This document shows, piece by piece, positions 38,746 through 48,815 of a DNA stretch of 64,000 nucleotides. The notes under the pieces are model-generated. The model was not told the origin of the DNA and did no database searches. It was given only the letters and a program-made list of their open reading frames with translations. Source of the stretch: an uncultured Polaribacter sp. (GTDB lineage: Bacteria > Bacteroidota > Bacteroidia > Flavobacteriales > Flavobacteriaceae); assembly GCA_963977615.1 (NCBI GenBank), contig CAXBPL010000002.1, positions 32,149 through 96,148 on the forward strand, written 5' to 3'. Made by a program: the position numbers and the translations under genes. Position 1 is the first letter of the stretch. Each line of letters begins with the position of its first letter.

Positions 38746-40416
38746 TTAAAAATCAGCATCAACTGTAAAACTCATTTTTTTGTGAGTTGTTGGATGCAAA
38801 AATTCAATAAATTGAGCATGCAAATGCAATCGATTTGCTTTTTTACCATACAAATCATCACCCAAAATAGGAGTGTTTAATCCATTTTTATGAGCTGCAT
38901 GCACTCGTAATTGATGTGTTCTACCAGTAATTGGATAAAAATAAACCCGAGTTTTTCCATTTTCTTTATTGATGATTTCCCAATTAGTTTCTGCATTTTT
39001 ACCATGCACAAAATCTACTAGTTGTTTGGGTCTGTCATCTAAATCTACTCTAATTGGCAATTGAATATTTCCACTTTTTTCAGCCAAATCTCCATTTAAT
39101 AAAGCAACATAGCGTTTTTTTACAGTTCTGTTTATAAACTGACTTTGTAAAATTTTATTGGCTTCTTTGGTTTTGGTTAATAATAAAATTCCAGAAGTAG
39201 ACATGTCTAATCTATGCACAATTAACGGACCAGTTGCCAATGGATATTTTTCTTTAATTCTGCTATACACAGAATCTTGAATGGTTTTACCAGGAACTGA
39301 TAAAAATTCAGCTGGTTTGTTTACCACAATTAAAACATCATCTTCAAAAATTATTTCAAGATTTTTGTCTTCGGATAAATTTTCCAGCAACAAATTTGCA
39401 TCCATTTCAACACCCTCTAACATGTGGTTTAAAATTGGTTTGCACCTACTTTGGCAAGCAGGATAATAATTTTTGTGCTTTCTAATGGCTGAGTTTGGCG
39501 AAATTCCCCACCAAAATTCTGCCATACAAATGGGTTTTAAATCGTTTGCAAAAGCGTAATTTAATAATTTTGGAGCAGCACATTCTCCAGAACCTGCAGG
39601 AGGTTTTATAGCTGGATCATCAAAAATAGTTAATAGGCTTTTTAGCTCTTTTTGTTGATTTAAAAAAGCATATTTACTAAATAAAGTCTGCTGTAAAAAG
39701 TTCGATTTTTCTTTTCGTTCTATTTTGAGAAATGAAATTCTATCTTCAAAAAAGGCCAATTCGATATTCGATTTTTCAACTTTTGTTTGATAATATTCTA
39801 CCAATTCTTTGTAGAAAAACTGATCATTATAACTTTCTTGCGTTAGTTTTTCAGTTAACTTTTTAAACTCTAATTCATTTAAAACTGAAGTTGCATTTTT
39901 CTTTCTAAGTTTTCTGTCTTTTTTAGAAAGTTTCATTTTTTTTCGCTGATTCTCTAAATCATCAGCAATTTCTTGATGTAGTTTTTTGTTCGCTTTTTTA
40001 ATTTTCAGATAGTTTTTATCTTTCTTTAAAATGCTTAATTCAGCATTAATTGCATCAATCTCAGCTTCACCTTTAATGTAAAAACTACCTTCTGTTCTCA
40101 TATTAAAAACAGGAGGAACAAATTTTTCTGGTAAACTTTTATCAGCCAATTTGCCAGAAAAAGCAGCTAAATAACCAATTTCATCATTCTTATTTTTTAC
40201 CACTAAAACTCCGAACATTTTACCAACTGGCAATTCATCACTATTTGTATGGATGCCAAAATTGTGTTTAAAATCTGTTTGATTTTCTAAATATTGGTGA
40301 ATTTCTTCTGCTGCAAGAACAGCTAAAGGATGTGCATCATAATAAAAAGGAAATGTAAATTTCTTTGGAAAATCAATTTCAGAAATATCAGAATTAAAAT
40401 GTAGGAAGTGTTTCAA
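38746..40416 (-). CDS. RluA-family pseudouridine synthase with a long N-terminal extension
   Basis: VNKPAEFLSVPG, HRLDMSTSG, TGRTHQLRVH, GECAAPKL. Confidence 0.92.
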   Translation of the reverse strand: MKHFLHFNSDISEIDFPKKFTFPFYYDAHPLAVLAAEEIHQYLENQTDFKHNFGIHTNSDELPVGKMFGVLVVKNKNDEIGYLAAFSGKLADKSLPEKFVPPVFNMRTEGSFYIKGEAEIDAINAELSILKKDKNYLKIKKANKKLHQEIADDLENQRKKMKLSKKDRKLRKKNATSVLNELEFKKLTEKLTQESYNDQFFYKELVEYYQTKVEKSNIELAFFEDRISFLKIERKEKSNFLQQTLFSKYAFLNQQKELKSLLTIFDDPAIKPPAGSGECAAPKLLNYAFANDLKPICMAEFWWGISPNSAIRKHKNYYPACQSRCKPILNHMLEGVEMDANLLLENLSEDKNLEIIFEDDVLIVVNKPAEFLSVPGKTIQDSVYSRIKEKYPLATGPLIVHRLDMSTSGILLLTKTKEANKILQSQFINRTVKKRYVALLNGDLAEKSGNIQLPIRVDLDDRPKQLVDFVHGKNAETNWEIINKENGKTRVYFYPITGRTHQLRVHAAHKNGLNTPILGDDLYGKKANRLHLHAQFIEFLHPTTHKKMSFTVDADF

Positions 40417-40507
40417 TTTGTTTTAAGTAAATGTCAAAGATAGGCAGTTTATCATTATCATAAAGAATTAGAATTCTTTTAAAAACTGATTTTTATTCAG
40501 TTTTCTA

Positions 40508-40565
40508 AAGAGTTAAAACAAATTTTATTTGCGTTAAATGAATCTTTAGGATTCATATAGTTTTG
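40508..40565 (+). promoter_or_regulatory. Conserved promoter, copy B: AAGAGTTAA-N14-GCGTTAA-N20-TAGTTTTG
   Basis: GTTAA at 40512 and 40533; TAnnTTTG at 40558. Confidence 0.7.
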
Positions 40566-40587
40566 TATCAAACTTTAAAACGTTAAT

Positions 40588-41307
40588 ATGAAAAGTATAA
40601 AAATAAAGTCAATAAAATTATTTGCATTAGCATTCACAGCATCAAGTTTTATGTTTTTTTCTTGTGATACACCAAAGAAAAATACCACTGAAAACAATGA
40701 AATTTCTGAAGTTATAAAAACTGAAAAAGATAATTTAGAAGTAGAAAAAGAAATTGCTGAAGGTGATGTTGAAAGAATGAATATGAAAGAAGGTGAAGTA
40801 ATAACACGTTCTTATAAAATAAAAGAACAAACACCAATTGTATATAATTTAGATGCCAATGGAATTGCTGGTTTTGATGATTGGAAAGATTTTACGGTTG
40901 TAAATTATGAGCTTGCAGAAATTAGAAAAAGTAATTATGTAACGACTGCACAACGTGTTAAAAACATGAATTACAGAATTGCTAATTTAGGAAACACGAT
41001 TCCTTCTTGGTTAAAAACAGAAGAAGTTATGGAAGATGTTGCAGATATTCAAAAAGAATATTTAGAGTTAATTGAAGAAAGTAACGCTCCAGAAAAAGAA
41101 GTAAAAGAAAATTTAGAAGAGCTTTCTGAAAAATTTGACGATTTAAAAGAAGAATTAGATGAAACTGTTGCTGAATATGTAAAAATTCACGAAAGTGCCA
41201 TCGAGGAATTTAACGAAGAATTCAAAAAAGGAAAAATAGAAGCTGCTATTGAAGAGTATAATGAGGAAATTAAAAAGTTAGATAAAATTATTGAAAAGAA
41301 GAAGTAA
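40588..41307 (+). CDS. Helical lipoprotein, paralog B (TIPxWL family)
   Basis: Lipobox MFFSC; IANLGNTIPSWLKTEEV...FDDLKEELDETV. Confidence 0.82.
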   Translation: MKSIKIKSIKLFALAFTASSFMFFSCDTPKKNTTENNEISEVIKTEKDNLEVEKEIAEGDVERMNMKEGEVITRSYKIKEQTPIVYNLDANGIAGFDDWKDFTVVNYELAEIRKSNYVTTAQRVKNMNYRIANLGNTIPSWLKTEEVMEDVADIQKEYLELIEESNAPEKEVKENLEELSEKFDDLKEELDETVAEYVKIHESAIEEFNEEFKKGKIEAAIEEYNEEIKKLDKIIEKKK

Positions 41308-41343
41308 TAATTGAATTAGTAAGAAAGAAGAAAAGGGTTTTTT

Positions 41344-41379
41344 AAAATAGGGTAGATGTTTCATCTACCTTATTTTTTT
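41344..41379 (+). terminator. Intrinsic terminator
   Basis: aaaatagggtagatg-ttt-catctaccttatttttt. Confidence 0.7.
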
Positions 41380-41442
41380 GATTAAAAAATGTTCTTTACT
41401 TTTTTAAAATCAATGAGTTAGATGTGTTTTTTGAAACACTAT

Positions 41443-41500
41443 AAGAGTTAATCAAAAATTTGTTAGCGTTAAAGAGCCATTGTCAATTCGTTTAGTTTTG
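41443..41500 (+). promoter_or_regulatory. Conserved promoter, copy C: AAGAGTTAA-N14-GCGTTAA-N20-TAGTTTTG
   Basis: GTTAA at 41447 and 41468; TAnnTTTG at 41493. Confidence 0.7.
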
Positions 41501-41523
41501 TATCAAACTAAAAAACATATAGT

Positions 41524-42063
41524 ATGAAAACAATTCAAAAAACAATAGCAATATTAGCAATATCAGGTTTTCTATTTATTTCTTGTGATAAGCCTAAAAA
41601 AGAAAAAGTAGAGGACAAAATGGAAGAAATTGAAGATAGCATGGAAGATGCTGGAGACGATATTTCTGATGAATTCGAAAAGATGCAATTAAAATTAGAA
41701 AACGGAACCTATGTAAATTATAGTTCTAATAATAGTGGAGATTTATCTTTTGATGATTGGAATGATTTTAACACTGCAAACGAAGAGATGAGAGCGATTG
41801 AAGAATTAGATTCTAAAAGCTATACAACTCGAATTGGAGATTTAAGTGGTACAATCGCAAATTTAGGAAATACAATTCCTGCTTGGTTAAAAACGGACGA
41901 AGTTATGGACGATATTCAAAATATTCAGAAAGAGTATAAAAAATTGTCTGATGAGAGAAATGAATCTGAAGATAAAGTTGAACAGAACATCGAAGATTTA
42001 ATGGAAAAATTTGATGATTTACGTGAAGAATTAAATGAAACTATTGAGAAATATAAATCTTAA
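41524..42063 (+). CDS. Helical lipoprotein, paralog C (TIPxWL family)
   Basis: Lipobox LFISC; IANLGNTIPAWLKTDEV...FDDLREELNETI. Confidence 0.82.
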   Translation: MKTIQKTIAILAISGFLFISCDKPKKEKVEDKMEEIEDSMEDAGDDISDEFEKMQLKLENGTYVNYSSNNSGDLSFDDWNDFNTANEEMRAIEELDSKSYTTRIGDLSGTIANLGNTIPAWLKTDEVMDDIQNIQKEYKKLSDERNESEDKVEQNIEDLMEKFDDLREELNETIEKYKS

Positions 42064-42085
42064 TTGATATAAATTTTATTAAAAG

Positions 42086-42125
42086 AAAAGAGGATAGATT
42101 TTTTATAAATCTATCCTCTTTTTTT
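42086..42125. terminator. Bidirectional terminator
   Basis: aaaagaggatagattt / aaatctatcctctttt. Confidence 0.8.
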
Positions 42126-42144
42126 GTTCAATTATTTCTAAATT

Positions 42145-42534
42145 CTAGGTTTCTTGTGCTGTTGCAGAAGGACAAAATAATAAGTCTGTAGGCGTATCAA
42201 CATCATATAAATATTGATGACCTCTAGATTCTTTTACACAAAAAGGTTCTATCAATTTTACCATATTTTTAAAACTTTCTAACGTTAAAATACAAAAAAA
42301 CGTTTCATTGTCTTTGGTAAGAATTCCTTCATCAGATTTAAACAAGCCAAAAATTAAATTGCAATTTCTAGCTTCTATAAAATCTACTTCAGCTAAATTT
42401 AATTTCTGTTTTTTATTGATAACAGTCTCCTCCAACAAATCTCTAAATTTATTGGCTTCTTTTTTATCAAAGTTATACAAACGAACCAAATTTTCATCAA
42501 GTCCATTAAAATTTTCTATGTAATCTATTTCCAT
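42145..42534 (-). CDS. Hypothetical protein
   Basis: 129-aa ATG ORF downstream of polA with protein-like composition; no motif recognised. Confidence 0.7.
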   Translation of the reverse strand: MEIDYIENFNGLDENLVRLYNFDKKEANKFRDLLEETVINKKQKLNLAEVDFIEARNCNLIFGLFKSDEGILTKDNETFFCILTLESFKNMVKLIEPFCVKESRGHQYLYDVDTPTDLLFCPSATAQET

Positions 42535-42588
42535 TTTTAATGCTAAACGTGTTTCAATGTTTATTTTTTAATATTTTGATTTTTAATT

Positions 42589-45432
42589 CTAATGCGCTTC
42601 CAACCAATTTTGACCAATACCAACTTCTACATCTAAAGGAACATCCATTTTAAAGGCGTTTTCCATTTCGAATTTAATAATTGGTTTTACAATTTCTAAT
42701 TCGTCTTTTGGTACATCAAAAACCAATTCATCATGCACTTGTAATAACATTTTCGATTTGAAACCTTCTTTCTCAAAACGATTGTGAATGTTAATCATCG
42801 CCAATTTTATAATGTCTGCAGCAGAACCTTGAATGGGCGCATTTACAGCATTTCTTTCTGCACCACTTCTAACCATGGCATTTCTAGAATTGATGTCTTT
42901 TAAATATCTGCGTCTGTTTAAAACAGTTTCTACATAGCCTTTTTCTCTAGCAAAATCAACTTGACTAGCCATATAAGCTTTCAATTTTGGATACGTTTCA
43001 TAATAGGTATCAATCAATTCTTTGGCTTCACTTCTGCTTAAATCTGTTTGATTGCTCAATCCAAAAGCAGAAACTCCATAAATAATTCCAAAATTGACGG
43101 TTTTTGCATTGCTTCTTTGCTCACGAGTTACGTCTTTTATATCAACATTAAAAACCTTAGAAGCTGTTGAAGCGTGAATATCTTCACCATTTTTAAAAGC
43201 GTTTATCATGGTTTCTTCCTCACTTAAAGCTGCAATAATTCGCAATTCAATTTGAGAATAATCTGCTGCCAACAACACATAATCGCTATTTCTTGGAATA
43301 AAAGCTTTACGCACTTCACGTCCTCTTTCTGTTCTAATAGGAATGTTTTGCAAGTTTGGATTGTTAGAACTCAACCTTCCTGTTGCAGCAACTGCTTGCA
43401 TATATTGTGTGTGAATTCGCCCAGTTTTTGGGTTGATTTCATTTGGCAACGCATCAACATACGTACTCTGTAATTTTTTATATTGACGATATTCTTGAAT
43501 ATCTCTAATAATTTTATGGTCTTTAGCTAAGAAAGATAAAATATCTTCACCAGTTTTATATTGCCCAGTTTTTGTCTTTTTTGGTTTGTCAACCAACTTC
43601 ATGTTTTCAAAAAGAACAATTCCCAACTGTTTTGGAGAGGCAATATTAAATTCTTCTCCTGCTAATTCGTAAATGTTTTTTTCTAATCTGTTGATGTCAT
43701 CCGTTAATGCAACAGATAATTCGTTCAAGAATTCTGTATTGATGTTTATTCCTTCAATTTCCATGGCAGTTAATACAGAAACCAAAGGCAATTCTACATC
43801 GTTAAACAATTTTGTGACGTTTCCAGTTTCTAATTCGCCTGTAAAATGTTTTTTTAATTGATAGGTAATATCTGCATCTTCCACAGCATATTCTGTTTGA
43901 TCTTTAATGGGTACAACTCTCATAGAAAGCTGATTTTTCCCTTTTTTACCAATCAATTCTGTAATAGAAACTGGCTGATAATTCAAATAGGTTTCTGCCA
44001 AAACATCCATATTATGACGCATATCTGGATTGATTAAATAATGCGCAATCATGGTATCGAATAATTTCCCTTTTACAGGCATGTTATAGTTCGATAAAAC
44101 TTTGATATCATATTTTAAATTATGTCCAATTTTTTCAATTGCTGATGCTTCAAAAAACGGTCTAAACTCTTCTAAAATTGTCTTTGTTTCCTCTTGATCT
44201 TCTGGAAACGAAACATAATATCCTTTGCCAGCTTCAAAAGAAAAAGCGATGCCAATTAACTCAACTTCCAACGCTTTTAAACCTGTAGTTTCTGTGTCAA
44301 AACAAACTGAAGTTTGTTGCATCAATTTATCGATTAACAATTTTCTAGAAAAAGGAGAATCTATATGTTGATAAAAATGATTCGTATTTAAAATATTTTT
44401 AAAGCCAGATGCAGTTTGTGCTTCTGTAACACTTCCTGTTCCTGGAGCCGCAAATAAATCAAATTGACCTTCTACAATTGGCGCAGGTTTTTTAGTTGTT
44501 GATTTTTCATCAGTATTATTTTCTGCTGAATTTACTTTTTGTGCATTTTCATCTGCAAACGTTTTTAAGAAATTTGTCAATAAATTTCTAAATTCTAATT
44601 CATTAAAAATTTCGGTAACTTTCTCAACATCTGGTTGATCTAACGTAAAATCTTTTGCATTAAAAGTTACAGGAACATCTAACATAATTGTTGCCAACTT
44701 TTTAGAAAGTAACCCTAGTTCTTTGGCAGCTTCCACTTTCTCTTTCATTTTTCCTTTTAGCTGATCTGTATTGTCTAAAAGATTTTCCATAGAACCAAAT
44801 TGCGCTAAAAATTTCTTCGCGGTTTTTTCGCCAACTCCAGGCAAACCAGGAATATTATCAGAAGAATCTCCCATCATTCCAAGAAAATCGATGACTTGCA
44901 AAGGATCTGTAATTTCAAATTTTGCCAACACTTCTGGAACGCCCCAAATATCATAACCACCTCCAAAACGTGGTTTATACATAAAAATATTTTCGGAAAC
45001 TAGTTGCGCAAAATCTTTATCTGGAGTTACCATAAACGTTTGGTAACCTTCTTTTTCTGCTTGCTTGGAAAGTGTTCCAATCACATCATCTGCCTCAAAA
45101 CCTTCTTTTACCATAATTGGTATGTGCATGGCTTTCAAAATCTCGTAAATAAACGGAATCGCGTCTTTTATAGGCTCAGGAGTTGCATCTCTATTTGCTT
45201 TGTAGTCTTCGAACATTTCAACTCTATCTGCACTACCACCTTTATCAAAACAAACAGCTAAATGATCTGGTCTTTCACGCTTTATAACGTCTAAAAGTGA
45301 GTTCATAAAACCCATAATTGCAGAAGTATCTAGTCCTTTGCTATTGATTCTTGGGTTCTTTATAAATGCGTAATATCCACGAAAAATTAATGCGTATGCA
45401 TCAACTAAAAAAAGTCTTTTTTGATCTGCCAT
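42589..45432 (-). CDS. polA: DNA polymerase I
   Basis: 5'-3' exonuclease (EADDVIG, GDSSDNIPG), FDTETTG, TGRLSS.NPNLQNIP, DYSQIELR, NAPIQGSAAD, QVHDEL. Confidence 0.98.
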   Translation of the reverse strand: MADQKRLFLVDAYALIFRGYYAFIKNPRINSKGLDTSAIMGFMNSLLDVIKRERPDHLAVCFDKGGSADRVEMFEDYKANRDATPEPIKDAIPFIYEILKAMHIPIMVKEGFEADDVIGTLSKQAEKEGYQTFMVTPDKDFAQLVSENIFMYKPRFGGGYDIWGVPEVLAKFEITDPLQVIDFLGMMGDSSDNIPGLPGVGEKTAKKFLAQFGSMENLLDNTDQLKGKMKEKVEAAKELGLLSKKLATIMLDVPVTFNAKDFTLDQPDVEKVTEIFNELEFRNLLTNFLKTFADENAQKVNSAENNTDEKSTTKKPAPIVEGQFDLFAAPGTGSVTEAQTASGFKNILNTNHFYQHIDSPFSRKLLIDKLMQQTSVCFDTETTGLKALEVELIGIAFSFEAGKGYYVSFPEDQEETKTILEEFRPFFEASAIEKIGHNLKYDIKVLSNYNMPVKGKLFDTMIAHYLINPDMRHNMDVLAETYLNYQPVSITELIGKKGKNQLSMRVVPIKDQTEYAVEDADITYQLKKHFTGELETGNVTKLFNDVELPLVSVLTAMEIEGININTEFLNELSVALTDDINRLEKNIYELAGEEFNIASPKQLGIVLFENMKLVDKPKKTKTGQYKTGEDILSFLAKDHKIIRDIQEYRQYKKLQSTYVDALPNEINPKTGRIHTQYMQAVAATGRLSSNNPNLQNIPIRTERGREVRKAFIPRNSDYVLLAADYSQIELRIIAALSEEETMINAFKNGEDIHASTASKVFNVDIKDVTREQRSNAKTVNFGIIYGVSAFGLSNQTDLSRSEAKELIDTYYETYPKLKAYMASQVDFAREKGYVETVLNRRRYLKDINSRNAMVRSGAERNAVNAPIQGSAADIIKLAMINIHNRFEKEGFKSKMLLQVHDELVFDVPKDELEIVKPIIKFEMENAFKMDVPLDVEVGIGQNWLEAH

Positions 45433-45613
45433 TTTATCTATAATTCTAAAAAGATAAAACTACAAAAAACTGTATAAAATTAGGCTTTATATGTTGATGA
45501 TTTTAATGAGAATGTTTGTTGAAGTTATTGCTAAGAATTAACGGTTTTTTTAAAATTGATCAAGATGTTTCTTGAACAAATTTATAAACTTTTGAAAATT
45601 TTGGAGCTTGTTG

Positions 45614-45913
45614 TTATTGAATAATTTTTTCTTTTAAATCCATTCTTTCGTGCAATATTCTTGTAATTTCCACATAATTTTCATGTAATGTTCTATAGAA
45701 AATTATGTGTCGATTTATTTTCATTCCTAGAAGTGAATCGGTTATACCTTGATAGTTCTTTCCCATTTCTGGATTATTTGCTATTTCTTGACAACTTGAA
45801 ATTAAACGATCATAATATTTGTCAGCTTGTTTTTCTGACCAAACTTCAAATGTATATTCCCAAATTTTTGATAAATCTTCAACAGCTTTATTTGTTAATT
45901 TATATTCGGCCAT
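45614..45913 (-). CDS. parE: Type II toxin, RelE/ParE family
   Basis: YKLTNKAVEDL..IWEYT...WS.KQADKYY...HIIFYR...ITRILHERMDL. Confidence 0.9.
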   Translation of the reverse strand: MAEYKLTNKAVEDLSKIWEYTFEVWSEKQADKYYDRLISSCQEIANNPEMGKNYQGITDSLLGMKINRHIIFYRTLHENYVEITRILHERMDLKEKIIQ

Positions 45914-46157
45914 TCGAATATTTTTTTGCTTTTAAGGTTTCAAGGTGTTTTTTTGAATTAAAATCGTTAGCAATTCCACTATCAATACCTTCCTTTATTG
46001 AGTTCTTTAAAGCAATCACTTTGCTTTCTTCTTCTTCTAAAAGTCTTAATCCTGCACGTATAACTTCACTAACGTTTTTAAACCTTCCTTCTTTTACGCT
46101 ACTTTGCACAAATTCATCAAAATAATTTCCTAGTGATATGGATGTGTTTTTATTCAT
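45900..46157 (-). CDS. parD: Type II antitoxin, ParD (RHH) family
   Basis: NTSISLG.YFD.FV...V.EGRFKN.SEVIRAGLRLLEE; overlaps the toxin start by 14 nt. Confidence 0.9.
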   Translation of the reverse strand: MNKNTSISLGNYFDEFVQSSVKEGRFKNVSEVIRAGLRLLEEEESKVIALKNSIKEGIDSGIANDFNSKKHLETLKAKKYSNGRI

Positions 46158-46267
46158 TGTAGTAAAATTTATTTCAAATATACCAAAAATTGGTATGTTT
46201 TCAAAATTGCTTAAAAAATGTTCAAATATTAATGTTCGAGAATTCGTAACATCAATTTAAAAATAAA

Positions 46268-47098
46268 CTAACTTTTATATTCTACAGATTTTAACCCTTT
46301 TTGAAAAGGAGCTTTTAGTTGATACATGATGTCTTCCGATTTTTTTGCATCTAAAATATCTACACCATACACAATATCTTTGGTGTCTTGATACATGAAA
46401 GTGCCAAAAATTCTATCCCAAAAAGAAAAAATATTTCCAAAGTTGGTATCTGTCCAAGGCATTACATGATGATGATGGAATTTGTGCGTATTTGGCGAAA
46501 TAAAAACATAGCTAATTGCTTTGTCTAATTTGGCTGGTAAACGAATATCTGCATGCGAAAAATAGGTAAAAAGAACCGTTAAAATTCGGTACATTAAATA
46601 ATAAGAAACAGGCAAACCAGCAATTAAAACCCCAAGTAATGCAAAGGTTTCTCTAAAAATAAAATCGATGGGATGATGTCTTGTTCCAGAAGTTACATCT
46701 ACATGTGTATCACTATGATGCACTGTGTGAAAACGCCACATAAAAGGAATTTTGTGTAATAAAACGTGCACCAAATATTGTGATGTAAAATCCAGAATCA
46801 TAATTGCTAAAATGATTTCTACCCAAACAGGGAAATCAACCAAATTTAGTAACCCAAAATTTGTGGTATCAATCCAAAGAAAAACGCCAACAGTTAGCAA
46901 CCCAAAAATAACATTAATGAGCATTGTAGAAAGTAGTAAAACGAAATTAGTTTTAGCATGTTTCCATTTGTTATATTGATGTTTTTTAAGGGGATAAACG
47001 CCTTCTAAAATCCAGAAAACAGATAAACAACCCACAATCCAAATAAACTTTTGTAAGCTAGTTAGGTTCTCGAAAAAAACAACAATATTATCAATCAT
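46268..47098 (-). CDS. Sterol desaturase / fatty acid hydroxylase family protein
   Basis: His boxes HVLLH, HTVHH, HKFHH; NFGNIFSFWDRIFGT. Confidence 0.9.
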   Translation of the reverse strand: MIDNIVVFFENLTSLQKFIWIVGCLSVFWILEGVYPLKKHQYNKWKHAKTNFVLLLSTMLINVIFGLLTVGVFLWIDTTNFGLLNLVDFPVWVEIILAIMILDFTSQYLVHVLLHKIPFMWRFHTVHHSDTHVDVTSGTRHHPIDFIFRETFALLGVLIAGLPVSYYLMYRILTVLFTYFSHADIRLPAKLDKAISYVFISPNTHKFHHHHVMPWTDTNFGNIFSFWDRIFGTFMYQDTKDIVYGVDILDAKKSEDIMYQLKAPFQKGLKSVEYKS

Positions 47099-47203
47099 TT
47101 TCTATAAAATAAGATTATAAATTTACTAAAAATTTTAACAGGAGCTTAAAAACCTTTGATTTTTTAACAGTTACCTTTGTCAACATTTTAAAAAAAAAGA
47201 TAT

Positions 47204-48424
47204 ATGCTTCGTTGGTTAATTCCAGTTCTTTTAATCGTTTTAGTTGTTTTTTTAGAAATTTATACGTTTCAGGCTTTCAAAACAATTTCAAAAAGTAAAT
47301 TAGTCCGTTTTTCTTATATAGCAATTAGTGTTGCTGTTTATGCGTATTTTTTGATCACCATTTTAACTTACGATAGAAGCAAAGGACAAACTCCAGAATT
47401 TCAAATGGCAGTAGGAATTTTGTTGACATTTTCTATTCCGAAATTGATTATTGTTTTTATCCTTTTTGGAGAAGATATGTATCGATTGGTTTTAAAATTG
47501 TTTTCGGCAATTTCAAGTTCAGAAACGCAATCTTTGGTTGGAAGAAGAAAGTTTGTATCGCAAATTGCTTTGGGTTTGGCAGCGATTCCTTTTGCGTCTT
47601 TTATCTATGGAATCATCCAAGGAAAATATAATTATAAAGTAATAAAATATCAACTTTCTTTTGATGATTTACCAGCAGCTTTTGATGGTTATACAATAAC
47701 TCAAATTTCCGATATTCATTCAGGGAGTTTTACCAACAAAGAAAAAATACAATATGGTGTTGATTTAATTAATGAGCAAAAATCTGATTTGATGTTGTTT
47801 ACAGGTGATATTGTAAATAATAAAGCTGATGAAATGGATAATTGGATTGATGTTTTTAATCAGTTAGAAGCTAAAGAAGGCAAATTTGCCATTTTAGGAA
47901 ACCATGATTATGGAGATTATATGGATTGGAATTCGCCTCAAGATAAAATTGATAATTTCCAGAAAGTAAAAGAAATTCACAAAAAAATAGGGTTTGATTT
48001 ATTGTTAGATGAACACAGATATTTAGAAAAAGATGGACAAAAAATAGCCTTAGTTGGAGTCGAAAATTGGGGAAAAGGTTTTAACCAAGCAGGAGATTTG
48101 CAGCGAGCATCATCAAAAATAAAAAAAGAAGATTTTAAAATTTTAATGAGTCACGATCCAAGTCATTGGCAAGAAAAAGTAAAAATGGACGATTTTAATT
48201 ATCATTTAACGCTAAGTGGTCATACACATGGTTTGCAAATGGGTATTGAAATTCCTGGGTTTTTAAAATGGAGTCCTTCTCAATTTGTATACAAACAATG
48301 GGCAGGTTTGTATCAAGAATTTGGCAGATATATAAATGTAAATAGAGGTTTTGGATATCATGCTTTTCCTGGAAGAGTTGGTATTTGGCCAGAAATTACA
48401 GTAATAGAATTGAAAAAAGCTTGA
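47204..48424 (+). CDS. Membrane-anchored metallophosphoesterase (YkuE/YaeI-like)
   Basis: SDIHSG, FTGDIVN, LGNHDY, SHDP, SGHTHG. Confidence 0.9.
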   Translation: MLRWLIPVLLIVLVVFLEIYTFQAFKTISKSKLVRFSYIAISVAVYAYFLITILTYDRSKGQTPEFQMAVGILLTFSIPKLIIVFILFGEDMYRLVLKLFSAISSSETQSLVGRRKFVSQIALGLAAIPFASFIYGIIQGKYNYKVIKYQLSFDDLPAAFDGYTITQISDIHSGSFTNKEKIQYGVDLINEQKSDLMLFTGDIVNNKADEMDNWIDVFNQLEAKEGKFAILGNHDYGDYMDWNSPQDKIDNFQKVKEIHKKIGFDLLLDEHRYLEKDGQKIALVGVENWGKGFNQAGDLQRASSKIKKEDFKILMSHDPSHWQEKVKMDDFNYHLTLSGHTHGLQMGIEIPGFLKWSPSQFVYKQWAGLYQEFGRYINVNRGFGYHAFPGRVGIWPEITVIELKKA

Positions 48425-48512
48425 TAATCAGCTAATTTGATAAGAAATCTTATATTTGTAATAATAAGATTTAAAATAGTTGTAAATTTTACACGTTTAA
48501 AAATATTCAATT

Positions 48513-48806
48513 ATGACAAAATTCGGAGAGTTAATCAGTGCTGAAATACCAGTTTTAATCGATTTTTATTCAGATTGGAATGCTATTGAAAACAACTTAG
48601 ATACTTTAAGAAATGTTGCTGCTGCTTTAGGTGAAAAAGCCAAAGTAATTAAAATCGACATCAAAAAAAATGAAACCTTAGCAGATGCTTTGCGTGTAAA
48701 AGGAAACCCAACATTTATGATTTATAAAAATGGCGAAATGAAATGGCGTCAAACAGGTTTCCAAGATGCAAATACATTAATTAGTTTGGTTCAGAAGTAT
48801 TTTTAA
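48513..48806 (+). CDS. Thioredoxin-fold protein lacking CxxC
   Basis: PVLIDFYSDW, KIDI.KN..LA...V.G.PTF...KNG...WRQ.G; no cysteines. Confidence 0.82.
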   Translation: MTKFGELISAEIPVLIDFYSDWNAIENNLDTLRNVAAALGEKAKVIKIDIKKNETLADALRVKGNPTFMIYKNGEMKWRQTGFQDANTLISLVQKYF

Positions 48807-48815
48807 AGTCAAAAT

